A stretch of 64,000 nt of DNA from Escherichia coli (lineage in GTDB: Bacteria > Pseudomonadota > Gammaproteobacteria > Enterobacterales > Enterobacteriaceae), in assembly GCF_003334385.1 (NCBI RefSeq), contig NZ_QOWN01000010.1; one strand, written 5' to 3'. The notes below the pieces were generated by a model, which worked only from the letters and a program-made list of their open reading frames with translations, made no database searches and was not told the origin of the DNA. Numbering within the stretch: position 1 is the stretch's first letter; the number at the start of each line of letters is the position of its first letter. The position numbers and the translations under genes were made by a program. Below, in pieces: positions 36,214 through 45,788 of the stretch.

Positions 36214-38061
36214 ATGTTGCTTAATATGATGTGTGGTCGTCGGCTGTCGGCAATCAGTTTGTGCCTGGCCGTAACATTCGCTCCACTGTTCAATGCGCAG
36301 GCCGATGAGCCTGAAGTAATCCCTGGCGACAGCCCGGTGGCTGTCAGTGAACAGGGCGAGGCACTGCCGCAGGCGCAAGCCACGGCAATAATGGCGGGGA
36401 TCCAGCCATTGCCTGAAGGTGCGGCAGAAAAAGCCCGCACGCAAATCGAATCTCAATTACCCGCAGGTTACAAGCCGGTTTATCTTAACCAGCTTCAACT
36501 GTTGTATGCCGCACGCGATATGCAACCCATGTGGGAAAACCGTGATGCTGTTAAAGCCTTCCAGCAACAGCTGGCAGAGGTGGCGATTGCCGGTTTCCAG
36601 CCGCAGTTTAATAAATGGGTAGAGTTACTGACCGATCCTGGTGTTAACGGGATGGCACGCGACGTGGTGCTCTCTGATGCGATGATGGGCTATCTCCATT
36701 TCATTGCAAATATTCCGGTCAAAGGCACTCGCTGGCTATATAGCAGTAAACCTTATGCACTTGCAACGCCGCCGCTCTCGGTGATTAACCAATGGCAGCT
36801 GGCGCTGGATAAAGGTCAATTGCCTACGTTTGTTGCAGGACTGGCACCGCAGCATCCGCAATATGCGGCGATGCATGAATCGTTACTGGCCTTACTCTGT
36901 GACACCAAACCGTGGCCCCAACTGACCGGCAAAGCAACGTTGCGCCCAGGGCAGTGGAGTAACGACGTACCGGCGTTGCGCGAAATATTGCAACGCACAG
37001 GCATGTTGGACGGGGGGCCGAAAATTACTCTACCTGGCGATGACACGCCAACTGACGCGGTAGTCAGCCCATCCGCTGTTACTGTTGAAACAGCAGAAAC
37101 TAAGCCGATGGATAAGCAAACGACGTCTCGTAGTAAACCTGCGCCTGCCGTTCGCGCCGCCTACGATAATGAACTGGTGGAAGCCGTTAAACGTTTTCAG
37201 GCATGGCAAGGATTGGGGGCAGATGGTGCTATTGGCCCGGCAACACGTGACTGGTTAAACGTAACGCCCGCCCAGCGTGCTGGCGTGTTGGCTCTCAACA
37301 TCCAGCGATTGCGCTTGCTGCCAACAGAGCTTTCTACCGGGATCATGGTTAACATTCCGGCCTATTCGCTGGTCTACTATCAGAACGGCAATCAGGTGCT
37401 GGATTCGCGAGTCATTGTCGGTCGCCCCGATCGCAAAACGCCGATGATGAGCAGTGCCCTTAACAACGTAGTGGTAAACCCGCCGTGGAACGTACCTCCA
37501 ACTCTGGCACGCAAAGATATTCTGCCAAAAGTGCGCAACGATCCGGGATATCTCGAAAGCCATGGCTATACGGTGATGCGCGGCTGGAACAGCAGAGAAG
37601 CGATTGACCCATGGCAGGTTGACTGGTCTACAATCACGGCCTCGAATTTACCGTTCCGCTTCCAGCAGGCTCCAGGCCCACGGAACTCGCTGGGGCGCTA
37701 TAAATTCAATATGCCGAGTTCAGAGGCCATTTATTTGCATGACACGCCGAACCACAATCTGTTCAAGCGTGATACACGCGCATTGAGCTCAGGCTGTGTA
37801 CGAGTGAATAAAGCTTCCGATCTGGCGAATATGCTGTTGCAGGATGCAGGCTGGAATGACAAACGTATTTCTGATGCGCTGAAGCAGGGTGATACACGTT
37901 ACGTCAATATTCGGCAGTCGATTCCGGTGAATCTCTACTACCTGACGGCCTTTGTTGGTGCAGATGGTCGTACCCAGTATCGTACAGATATTTACAATTA
38001 TGATCTGCCTGCGCGATCCAGCTCGCAAATCGTATCGAAAGCGGAACAATTAATCAGGTAA
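36214..38061 (+). CDS. ldtD: L,D-transpeptidase LdtD (YcbB)
   Basis: 615 aa; signal peptide; YkuD-domain catalytic motif (HDTP…SSGCVRV). Confidence 0.93.
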   Translation: MLLNMMCGRRLSAISLCLAVTFAPLFNAQADEPEVIPGDSPVAVSEQGEALPQAQATAIMAGIQPLPEGAAEKARTQIESQLPAGYKPVYLNQLQLLYAARDMQPMWENRDAVKAFQQQLAEVAIAGFQPQFNKWVELLTDPGVNGMARDVVLSDAMMGYLHFIANIPVKGTRWLYSSKPYALATPPLSVINQWQLALDKGQLPTFVAGLAPQHPQYAAMHESLLALLCDTKPWPQLTGKATLRPGQWSNDVPALREILQRTGMLDGGPKITLPGDDTPTDAVVSPSAVTVETAETKPMDKQTTSRSKPAPAVRAAYDNELVEAVKRFQAWQGLGADGAIGPATRDWLNVTPAQRAGVLALNIQRLRLLPTELSTGIMVNIPAYSLVYYQNGNQVLDSRVIVGRPDRKTPMMSSALNNVVVNPPWNVPPTLARKDILPKVRNDPGYLESHGYTVMRGWNSREAIDPWQVDWSTITASNLPFRFQQAPGPRNSLGRYKFNMPSSEAIYLHDTPNHNLFKRDTRALSSGCVRVNKASDLANMLLQDAGWNDKRISDALKQGDTRYVNIRQSIPVNLYYLTAFVGADGRTQYRTDIYNYDLPARSSSQIVSKAEQLIR

Positions 38062-38241
38062 ATGAAGTAGTTCGGGGAAATCAGTTGTCGTAATAATTAG
38101 CATGATTGGGGGCGATTCTCTGCAGCCCCCGTCACTGCTGGGGTTGAGTCATCTTGACGTCTGCTTTACGGGCGGTTAAGGTGCCTCTTGTGCGCCAGAA
38201 GTGCATATAAACGATAACATTGACCTGTAGACTTGATTATC

Positions 38242-38790
38242 ATGGACAAATTCGACGCTAATCGCCGCAAATTGCTGGCGCTTGGTGGCGTTGCACTCGG
38301 TGCCGCCATCCTGCCGACCCCTGCGTTTGCAACACTCTCTACCCCACGCCCGCGCATTTTGACACTCAATAATCTTCATACCGGAGAGTCAATCAAAGCG
38401 GAGTTTTTCGATGGCAGAGGCTATATTCAGGAAGAATTGGCAAAACTTAACCATTTTTTCCGCGATTACCGCGCGAACAAAATAAAGTCCATCGACCCAG
38501 GATTATTCGACCAGTTGTATCGCCTGCAAGGGTTGTTAGGCACGCGCAAACCGGTGCAACTCATTTCCGGTTATCGTTCTATTGATACCAACAATGAACT
38601 ACGCGCCCGCAGCCGTGGAGTAGCGAAGAAAAGCTATCACACTAAAGGCCAGGCGATGGATTTCCATATTGAAGGTATCGCGTTAAGCAATATTCGCAAA
38701 GCCGCGTTATCTATGCGCGCAGGTGGTGTAGGATATTATCCACGTAGTAACTTTGTGCATATTGATACCGGGCCAGCACGGCACTGGTAG
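38242..38790 (+). CDS. mepK: Murein endopeptidase MepK (YcbK), Tat-secreted
   Basis: 182 aa from ATG 38242; twin-arginine signal (NRRKLLALGGVALGAAILPTPAFA). Confidence 0.9.
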   Translation: MDKFDANRRKLLALGGVALGAAILPTPAFATLSTPRPRILTLNNLHTGESIKAEFFDGRGYIQEELAKLNHFFRDYRANKIKSIDPGLFDQLYRLQGLLGTRKPVQLISGYRSIDTNNELRARSRGVAKKSYHTKGQAMDFHIEGIALSNIRKAALSMRAGGVGYYPRSNFVHIDTGPARHW

Positions 38791-38816
38791 TAATTGCTTA
38801 ACGAAACAGGGGCAGT

Positions 38817-39464
38817 ATGAACTATCGTATTATTCCGGTCACCGCATTCTCCCAGAACTGTTCATTAATCTGGTGTGAACAAACCCGTCTGGCCGCACTG
38901 GTCGATCCTGGCGGCGATGCGGAAAAAATCAAACAGGAAGTTGATGACAGCGGCCTGACACTGATGCAGATCCTGCTGACGCATGGTCATCTGGACCACG
39001 TTGGCGCAGCGGCGGAACTGGCGCAACATTACGGCGTGCCGGTTTTCGGCCCGGAAAAAGAAGATGAGTTCTGGCTGCAAGGCTTGCCTGCGCAAAGTCG
39101 TATGTTTGGTCTGGAAGAGTGCCAGCCGCTGACGCCAGATCGTTGGCTGAACGAAGGCGATACCATCAGCATAGGGAATGTGACTTTACAGGTGTTACAT
39201 TGCCCTGGGCATACGCCGGGTCATGTCGTGTTTTTTGATGATCGGGCAAAGCTGCTGATTTCTGGCGATGTTATTTTCAAAGGCGGAGTAGGGCGCAGTG
39301 ACTTCCCGCGTGGCGATCATAATCAACTGATTTCTTCAATCAAAGATAAATTGCTGCCACTGGGGGATGACGTGATATTTATTCCGGGTCACGGACCATT
39401 ATCCACACTTGGTTATGAACGCCTGCATAATCCCTTCCTGCAAGACGAAATGCCCGTCTGGTAA
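38817..39464 (+). CDS. gloC: MBL-fold hydroxyacylglutathione hydrolase GloC (YcbL)
   Basis: 215 aa; THGHLDHVG metal-binding motif. Confidence 0.92.
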
Positions 39465-39471
39465 GGCACAT

Positions 39472-39496
39472 AAAAAAGCCCGCTTTTAATGCGGGC
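39472..39496 (-). terminator. Intrinsic terminator oriented for the minus strand (distal aspC terminator)
   Basis: Plus strand AAAAAA-GCCCGC-ttttaat-GCGGGC; the U-tract is on the minus-strand transcript. Confidence 0.55.
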
Positions 39497-39527
39497 CTGG
39501 ATTTCTGGCAAAGTGCGCTTTGTTTAT

Positions 39528-39626
39528 GCCGGATGCGGCACGAGCGCCTTATCCGGCCTACAAAATCGTGCAAATTCAAAATATTGCAGGGGACGCGTAG
39601 GCCTGATAAGCGTAGCGCATCAGGCA
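39528..39626. repeat. BIME: two REP units in inverted orientation
   Basis: REP1 GCCGGATGCGGCACGAGCGCCTTATCCGGCCTAC (39528-39561) and inverted REP2 GTAGGCCTGATAAGCGTAGCGCATCAGGCA (39597-39626). Confidence 0.85.
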
Positions 39627-39649
39627 ATGTTGCGTTTGTCATCAGTCTC

Positions 39650-39680
39650 AGCCCGCTTTTCAGCGGGCTTCATTGTTTTT
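39650..39680 (+). terminator. Hairpin plus T-run oriented for the plus strand (distal mepK-gloC terminator)
   Basis: AGCCCGC-ttttca-GCGGGCT followed by TcaTTgTTTTT. Confidence 0.5.
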
Positions 39681-39685
39681 AATGC

Positions 39686-40876
39686 TTACAGCACTGCCAC
39701 AATCGCTTCGCACAGCGGAGCCATGTTATCTGGTGTCATCCCGGCCACATTTACGCGACCAGAAGCAACCGCATATACGCCAAACTCTTCGCGCAGACGC
39801 AGCACTTGTTCTTTTGTCAGGCCACTGAAGGAGAACATGCCGTTCTGTTTGATGATAAAGCTGAAGTCGCGGTTTGCGCCTTTTTCCTGCAGCGTATTGA
39901 CGAACAACTGACGCATACGCTGAATACGCTGGCGCATATCAGTCAGCTCTTGTTCCCAAATCGCACGTAACGCATCGTTGCTCAGGATGGTGGCAACAAC
40001 AGAAGCGCCGTGTGCTGGTGGGTTAGAGTAGTTAGCGCGAATCGCCGCTTTCATTTGGCTGAATGCGCGATCAACGGTTTCACTGTCGGCAGCAACCAGA
40101 GTACAAGCGCCAACACGCTCGTTGTACAGGCCAAAGTTTTTAGAGTAGGAACTGGCAACAATCAGCTCTTTATGCATAGCCGCGAAAGCGCGCAGTCCTT
40201 CAGCATCTTCTTCCAGACCACGGGCAAAACCCTGGTAAGCGAAGTCAAACAGCGGTAACCAGCCTTTCTCAACGGAGAGTTGTGCCAGTGTTTGCCATTG
40301 TTCCAGCGTAGGGTCGATACCGGTTGGGTTATGGCAGCAGCCATGGAACAGCACTACGTCGCCAGCCTGAGCTTCATTCAGGCTGTTAATCAGTGCATCG
40401 AAGTCAAGAGTGTGATTTTCCGCATCATAATAAGCGTATTCACGAACTTCCAGACCTGCAGAGTTAAAGACGCTCTTATGGTTCGGCCAGCTTGGGTTGC
40501 TCACCCACACACGCTTAACGCTGGTATTTTTTGCCAGGAAATCGGCAGCCACGCGTAGTGCGCCAGTGCCCCCCGGAGTCTGTGCCGTGCGAGCACGTTT
40601 GTCATTGATCAGGGCGCTACCTTTACCAAACAGCAGTTCCTGAGTGCAGCGACCAAATTCAGGGATGCCGTCAATGCCGAGGTAATTTTTGGTGGTTTCA
40701 TTTTCGAGCAGATACTGTTCAGCCTTTTTCACGCTGGTCAGTACCGGGGTTTTGCCCGTCTCATCTTTATAGACACCAATCCCGAGGTTAATTTTGCCGG
40801 GACGTTCATCGGCACGAAACAGATCGGCCAGGCCCAGAATCGGGTCGGCAGGAGCGGCGGTAATGTTCTCAAACAT
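39686..40876 (-). CDS. aspC: Aspartate aminotransferase
   Basis: 396 aa; class-I PLP aminotransferase ([16 protein letters not shown]…). Confidence 0.97.
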   Translation of the reverse strand: MFENITAAPADPILGLADLFRADERPGKINLGIGVYKDETGKTPVLTSVKKAEQYLLENETTKNYLGIDGIPEFGRCTQELLFGKGSALINDKRARTAQTPGGTGALRVAADFLAKNTSVKRVWVSNPSWPNHKSVFNSAGLEVREYAYYDAENHTLDFDALINSLNEAQAGDVVLFHGCCHNPTGIDPTLEQWQTLAQLSVEKGWLPLFDFAYQGFARGLEEDAEGLRAFAAMHKELIVASSYSKNFGLYNERVGACTLVAADSETVDRAFSQMKAAIRANYSNPPAHGASVVATILSNDALRAIWEQELTDMRQRIQRMRQLFVNTLQEKGANRDFSFIIKQNGMFSFSGLTKEQVLRLREEFGVYAVASGRVNVAGMTPDNMAPLCEAIVAVL

Positions 40877-41005
40877 GACGAGGTTCCATTATGGTTACAG
40901 AAGGGAAGTCCGCTATCAGGGTAACGGGAGATTTACAAAATTCCAACTATTACTGATGAAAACGCAGGCTGTTTTTGCAAGACGTGAGATTGCTCTGGAA
41001 GGTAT

Positions 41006-41035
41006 AAAAAAAACAGGACCAAAGTCCTGTTTTTT
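41006..41035 (-). terminator. ompF intrinsic terminator
   Basis: Plus strand A7-ACAGGAC-caaa-GTCCTGT-T5; U-tract on either strand, immediately 3' of ompF. Confidence 0.8.
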
Positions 41036-41060
41036 CGGCATTTAACAAAGAGGTGTGCTA

Positions 41061-42149
41061 TTAGAACTGGTAAACGATACCCACAGCAACGGTGTCGTCT
41101 GAACCTACGCCCAGTTTGTTGTCAGAATCGATCTGGTTGATGATGTAGTCAACATAGGTGGACATGTTTTTGTTGAAGTAGTAGGTTGCGCCCACTTCAA
41201 AGTAGTTCACCAGATCAACATCACCGATACCTTCTACGTCTTTCGCTTTAGATTTGGTGTAAGCGATGGACGGACGCAGACCGAAATCGAACTGGTATTG
41301 CGCAACTAACAGAACGTCTTGCGTTTTGTTGGCGAAGCCGCTGGTGTTTGTAAATTTATTAGTGATCGGCGTAGCGTTACGGGTTTCACCGTAGTTCGCT
41401 GCCAGGTAGATGTTGTTCGCGTCGTACTTCAGACCAGTAGCCCACTGTTCAGCTTTTTTACCGTTGCCAAGAGGTTGAGCTTCTTGCAGGTTGGTACGGT
41501 CAGCTGCACCATAAGCACCAACGATACCAAAGCCTTCGTATTCGTAGCTGATAGAACCGCCAACACCGTCGCCGTTAGAACGGCGTGCAGTGTCACGCTC
41601 GTTTTTACCCAGGTACTGAACAGCGAAGTTCAGGCCATCAACCAGACCAAAGAAGTTGGAGTTACGATAGGTAGCAACGCCGCCAACACGACCAACGAAG
41701 AAGTCATCGCTGTATGCAGTATCACCACCAAATTCTGGCAGCATATCGGTGTAACCCAGTGCATCATAAACCACACCGTAGTTACGGCCGTAATCGAAAG
41801 AACCAACGTCAGCGTATTTAAGACCCGCGAATGCCAGACGCGTTTTGTTACCAGTTTGAGCGTCAGCGCCTTCAGAGTTGTTACCCTGGAAGTTATATTC
41901 CCACTGACCATAACCGGTCAGATCGGAATTGATTTGAGTTTCCCCTTTAAAACCAAGACGGGCATAGGTCATGTCGCCATTGCCACCGTAACTGTTTTCA
42001 CCGTTACCCTTGGAAAAATAATGCAGACCAACAGCTTTACCGTACAGATCTACTTTGTTGCCATCTTTGTTATAGATTTCTGCAGCGTTTGCAGTACCTG
42101 CTACTAACAGAGCAGGGACGATCACTGCCAGAATATTGCGCTTCATCAT
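41061..42149 (-). CDS. ompF: Outer membrane porin F
   Basis: 362 aa; signal peptide [22 protein letters not shown]; porin beta-barrel ending in …VGIVYQF. Confidence 0.98.
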
Positions 42150-42299
42150 TATTTATTACCCTCATGGTTTTTTTTATGACACCTGCCACTGCCGTCAATA
42201 AGTTCTGTCAATAAAAATTTACGGAACTATTGATGAGAGTTTGGTGTCTTTATGTGTCTGCAGGCATCTTTCCATTCAAACTAACGTTTCGCTACCGTG

Positions 42300-42359
42300 A
42301 AAGTGCTACAAAGATAAAGATTTGGTTTCAAAAAGAAAAAATATGTAACCAAAAGTAAA
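42300..42359 (-). promoter_or_regulatory. OmpR binding sites F3-F2-F1 of the ompF promoter
   Basis: Minus strand reads TTTACTTTTGGTTACATATT / TTTTCTTTTTGAAACCAAAT / CTTTATCTTTGTAGCACTTT, matching the published F1/F2/F3 sequences from memory. Confidence 0.7.
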
Positions 42360-42619
42360 ATTTAAGGAACTTTGTGAACACCGTCATATTTCCATAGAGA
42401 CGTGATGATATTTACAGCAATTTTAATCTATTTATATGATTTCCTTATATTTAAATTAACTAAACGGAAATTTTGTTTCTGATGGAAACTTTATCGACCT
42501 GGCACAAAATCTTCTTTCAGACATCCAGAATGCCAAAAAATAGTATGAAAATTGTGCTATTAGCTAAGAAAAAACTAATCCGCAATAAGAATGCGGATTA
42601 GTTTTTGCGCGTAAATGTT

Positions 42620-42639
42620 GCAATGTAATATTCCGTAAC
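42620..42639 (-). promoter_or_regulatory. Distal OmpR site F4 (candidate)
   Basis: Minus strand GTTACGGAATATTACATTGC about 350-380 nt upstream of the expected ompF transcription start. Confidence 0.5.
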
Positions 42640-42710
42640 AGGATGATCGTTATGGCGGGGTTGCAAATAGATTGCTTGACTTAACAAACAGATAACTTGA
42701 CAGAAAAGAT

Positions 42711-42738
42711 AAAAAAAGAGCCAGCGGGCGCTGGCTCT
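42711..42738 (-). terminator. asnS intrinsic terminator
   Basis: Plus strand A7-GAGCCAGC-gggc-GCTGGCTC; the minus-strand transcript has the hairpin followed by U7. Confidence 0.7.
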
Positions 42739-42751
42739 TGAAGACGCTAAA

Positions 42752-44152
42752 TTAGAAGCTGGCGTTACGCGGAGTACGTGGGAACGGAATCACATCACGT
42801 ACGTTTTGCACGCCAGTTACGTAAGCAATCAGACGTTCAAAACCAAGACCGAAACCTGAATGCGGAACAGTACCGTAGCGACGCAGATCGCGATACCACC
42901 AGTAATCTTCTTTATTCAGGCCCATTTCCAGCATACGCTCGTCCAGCACGTCCAGACGTTCTTCACGCTGGGAGCCACCAATGATCTCACCGATGCCCGG
43001 AGCCAGAACGTCCATAGCCGCAACGGTTTTACCGTCTTCGTTAAGGCGCATATAGAACGCTTTAATATCTTTCGGATAGTTTTTAACCACTACCGGTGCT
43101 TTAAAGTGTTCTTCCGCCAGATAACGCTCATGCTCAGAAGAGAGATCGACTCCCCAGTAAACCGGGTTTTCAAACTTCCTGCCGCAGTTTTCGAGAATGG
43201 TCACTGCGTCGGTATAATCCACCTGCGCAAAATCGGCTTCAATGAAGCGTTCCAGACGTGAAACGGCATCTTTATCTACGCGTTCAGCGAAGAATTTCAT
43301 GTCGTCAGCGCGTTCTTCGAGAACCGCTTTGAAGACATATTTCAGCATGGCTTCAGCCAGACCCGCAATATCGTTCAGGTTAGCAAACGCCACTTCCGGC
43401 TCCAGCATCCAGAATTCCGCCAGGTGACGGCTGGTGTTGGAGTTTTCAGCACGGAAAGTCGGGCCGAAGGTATAAATTTTGGACAATGCGCAAGCGTAGG
43501 TTTCGCCGTTCAACTGGCCAGATACGGTCAGGAAAGACTCTTTACCAAAGAAGTCTTTGTCGAAATCCACTTTGCCCTGATCGTTACGCGGCAGGTTTTC
43601 CAGATCCAGCGTAGAAACGCGGAACATTTCGCCTGCACCTTCGGTATCAGATGCGGTAATCAGTGGCGTTGAAACCCAGAAGAATCCCTGCTCGTTAAAG
43701 AAGCGATGCAGCGCCTGCGCCAGCGTATGGCGAACGCGCGCGACGGCACCAATCAGGTTTGTGCGCGGACGCAGGTGAGCGACTTCACGCAGATACTCAA
43801 TGCTGTGGCGTTTTGCCGCCATCGGGTAAGTGTCTGGATCTTCAACCCAACCAGCAACTTCAACCTTGCTGGCCTGAATTTCAAATTGTTGCCCCTGGCC
43901 CGGCGACGCCACGACTTTACCCGTCACAATGACCGAGCAGCCGGTGGTCAGACGCAGGACGTCTTCATTGTAATTGGGCAGAGAATTATTGATGACAGCC
44001 TGTACAGGATCAAAGCAGGAACCGTCATAAACGGCGAGGAAGGAGATGCCAGCTTTTGAATCTCGGCGGGTACGTACCCATCCGCGCACGGTGACTTCGC
44101 TGTCAACGGCTACACGGCCCTGGAGTACGTCGGCTACAGGCACAACGCTCAT
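42752..44152 (-). CDS. asnS: Asparagine--tRNA ligase
   Basis: 466 aa from [13 protein letters not shown]…; class-II aaRS motifs. Confidence 0.97.
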
Positions 44153-44320
44153 AATATTCTCTCTGTTAATAGTCGGAAAAAATAAACACTTGTCCACCCG
44201 TAAATGGGGGGATACCTATGTTACCTGGCATCTGCAATCAGACAAGCAGAATTCGCAAATGCAGCGAAAGATTTCGGAATTAAAGGTAAAAAAAGGGAGC
44301 CGATTAGCTCCCTGATGATA

Positions 44321-45523
44321 TTAACTGGCTTTTTTAATATGCGGAAGGTCGAACGCTTTGCGCAGCGCCCGAACAAACGCTTTATCATGGCAGATAGTTT
44401 TGCCAGGGCTGTCAGAAAGTTTCGCCACCGGTTTACCGTTACACTCTACCAACTTAATGACAATATTCAGGGGTTTTACCTGGGGGATATCGCAGGTCAG
44501 GCGAGTCCCAATACCAAAACTTAATTGCACGCGGGAAGAGAAGTGGCGGTATAGCTCAACCGCTTTGCGTAAATCCAGATTGTCAGAGAAAACCAGCGTT
44601 TTACTCTGTGGATCAATTCCCAGCTTTTCATAATGTGCAATGGCTTTTTCACCCCATTCAACCGGGTCGCCAGAGTCATGACGCAGGCCCTGATACCGAC
44701 TAGCGAACTCGACACCGAAATCACGCAGGAAAGCATCCATAGTGATGCAGTCGGTTAATGCAATGCCAAGTTGGTCGGGATACTCTTCCAGCCAGGCAGC
44801 AAGTGCAGCTCGCTGGCTGTTGGCTAGATCCGGGCTGATTTGCTGATGTGCCTGGAACCATTCGTGTGCCTGTGTTCCCATCGGCGTGAGGGAAAGCCGA
44901 CGCGCCAGATCGTAGTTGCTGGTGCCCACAAACCAGGATTCCTGTTGCAGACGCTTAACGATGGTTTCTTGTACTTCGCGAGAAAAACGGCGACGGGTGC
45001 CAAAATCCATCAGATGGAAGCGCGACATATCAAGACCGGCGGTTAACGCCGAGAAGTCGACTAATTTGCTTTCCAGCGTGTCGAGGGCTTGCGCAACGTC
45101 GGCCTGCGGTGAGCGATAGCGATGTACCATTTCACTGATAACCGCCAGCAAAGGAACTTCCCAGAGGATGACTTCACGCCACGGGCCGCTTAAACGAATA
45201 TCCAGCTTGCCATTATCGTTGGACACGGTGACTTGTTCCGGGTTAAAGCGGAACTCGCGTAACCAGTTAAGATAGTCGGCCTTAAAGAAAGGCAGGGCAG
45301 AAAGCCACTGATATTCATCATCCTGCAGGCGCAGGTGCTGCATCGCCTGAACCTGTTCACGAATAGCATCGGCATAAATACCCAGCAGATCGTCACCTCG
45401 GCAACGAAACTCCGCCGCGACATGCACATCGTAATAGTGATGAAACACGGCTTGCTGCATATGCAACTTATAAGCATCTGTATCCAGCAACGAGTGCAGA
45501 ACAGGAGAAGCGAATTGTGTCAT
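44321..45523 (-). CDS. pncB: Nicotinate phosphoribosyltransferase
   Basis: 400 aa from [24 protein letters not shown]. Confidence 0.95.
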   Translation of the reverse strand: MTQFASPVLHSLLDTDAYKLHMQQAVFHHYYDVHVAAEFRCRGDDLLGIYADAIREQVQAMQHLRLQDDEYQWLSALPFFKADYLNWLREFRFNPEQVTVSNDNGKLDIRLSGPWREVILWEVPLLAVISEMVHRYRSPQADVAQALDTLESKLVDFSALTAGLDMSRFHLMDFGTRRRFSREVQETIVKRLQQESWFVGTSNYDLARRLSLTPMGTQAHEWFQAHQQISPDLANSQRAALAAWLEEYPDQLGIALTDCITMDAFLRDFGVEFASRYQGLRHDSGDPVEWGEKAIAHYEKLGIDPQSKTLVFSDNLDLRKAVELYRHFSSRVQLSFGIGTRLTCDIPQVKPLNIVIKLVECNGKPVAKLSDSPGKTICHDKAFVRALRKAFDLPHIKKAS

Positions 45524-45552
45524 AGGTGCGCAGTAGCGTCCTCGTACAGGAG

Positions 45553-45570
45553 CGTTTAGTACAATAAACA
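45553..45570 (-). promoter_or_regulatory. Candidate NadR operator (NAD box-like inverted repeat) upstream of pncB
   Basis: GTTTAgtacaaTAAAC inverted repeat 30-45 nt upstream of the pncB start; pncB is a known NadR target. Confidence 0.35.
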
Positions 45571-45788
45571 TCTTCAGGAACTGCTGGAGTATACCTTGTT
45601 TCGCAATTTATTGAACCCCGATCACACCATATGCCACCTTTCTGGTCGATGGCATTACGCGGTGTATGTTATAAAAATGTAGCAATAAAGGCGTTTGTAC
45701 CTGAAAAGATGAAGATTCTGCATAGCGCGATTTACGCAACAGGAATAGACTGAACACCAGACTCTATAAAAGATGCTAAAGGTTATTT

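Noticed and set aside
39489-39911. 140-aa ORF spanning the BIME and the 3' end of aspC (antisense), and 87-aa ORF 39379..39642
   Set aside because: Run through REP repeats and terminator hairpins; translation of repeat DNA, not genes.
44204-44524. 106-aa ORF across the asnS-pncB intergenic region and into the pncB 3' end
   Set aside because: Mostly antisense to pncB, basic low-complexity translation, no RBS; the intergenic region is better explained as the promoter and leader of asnS.
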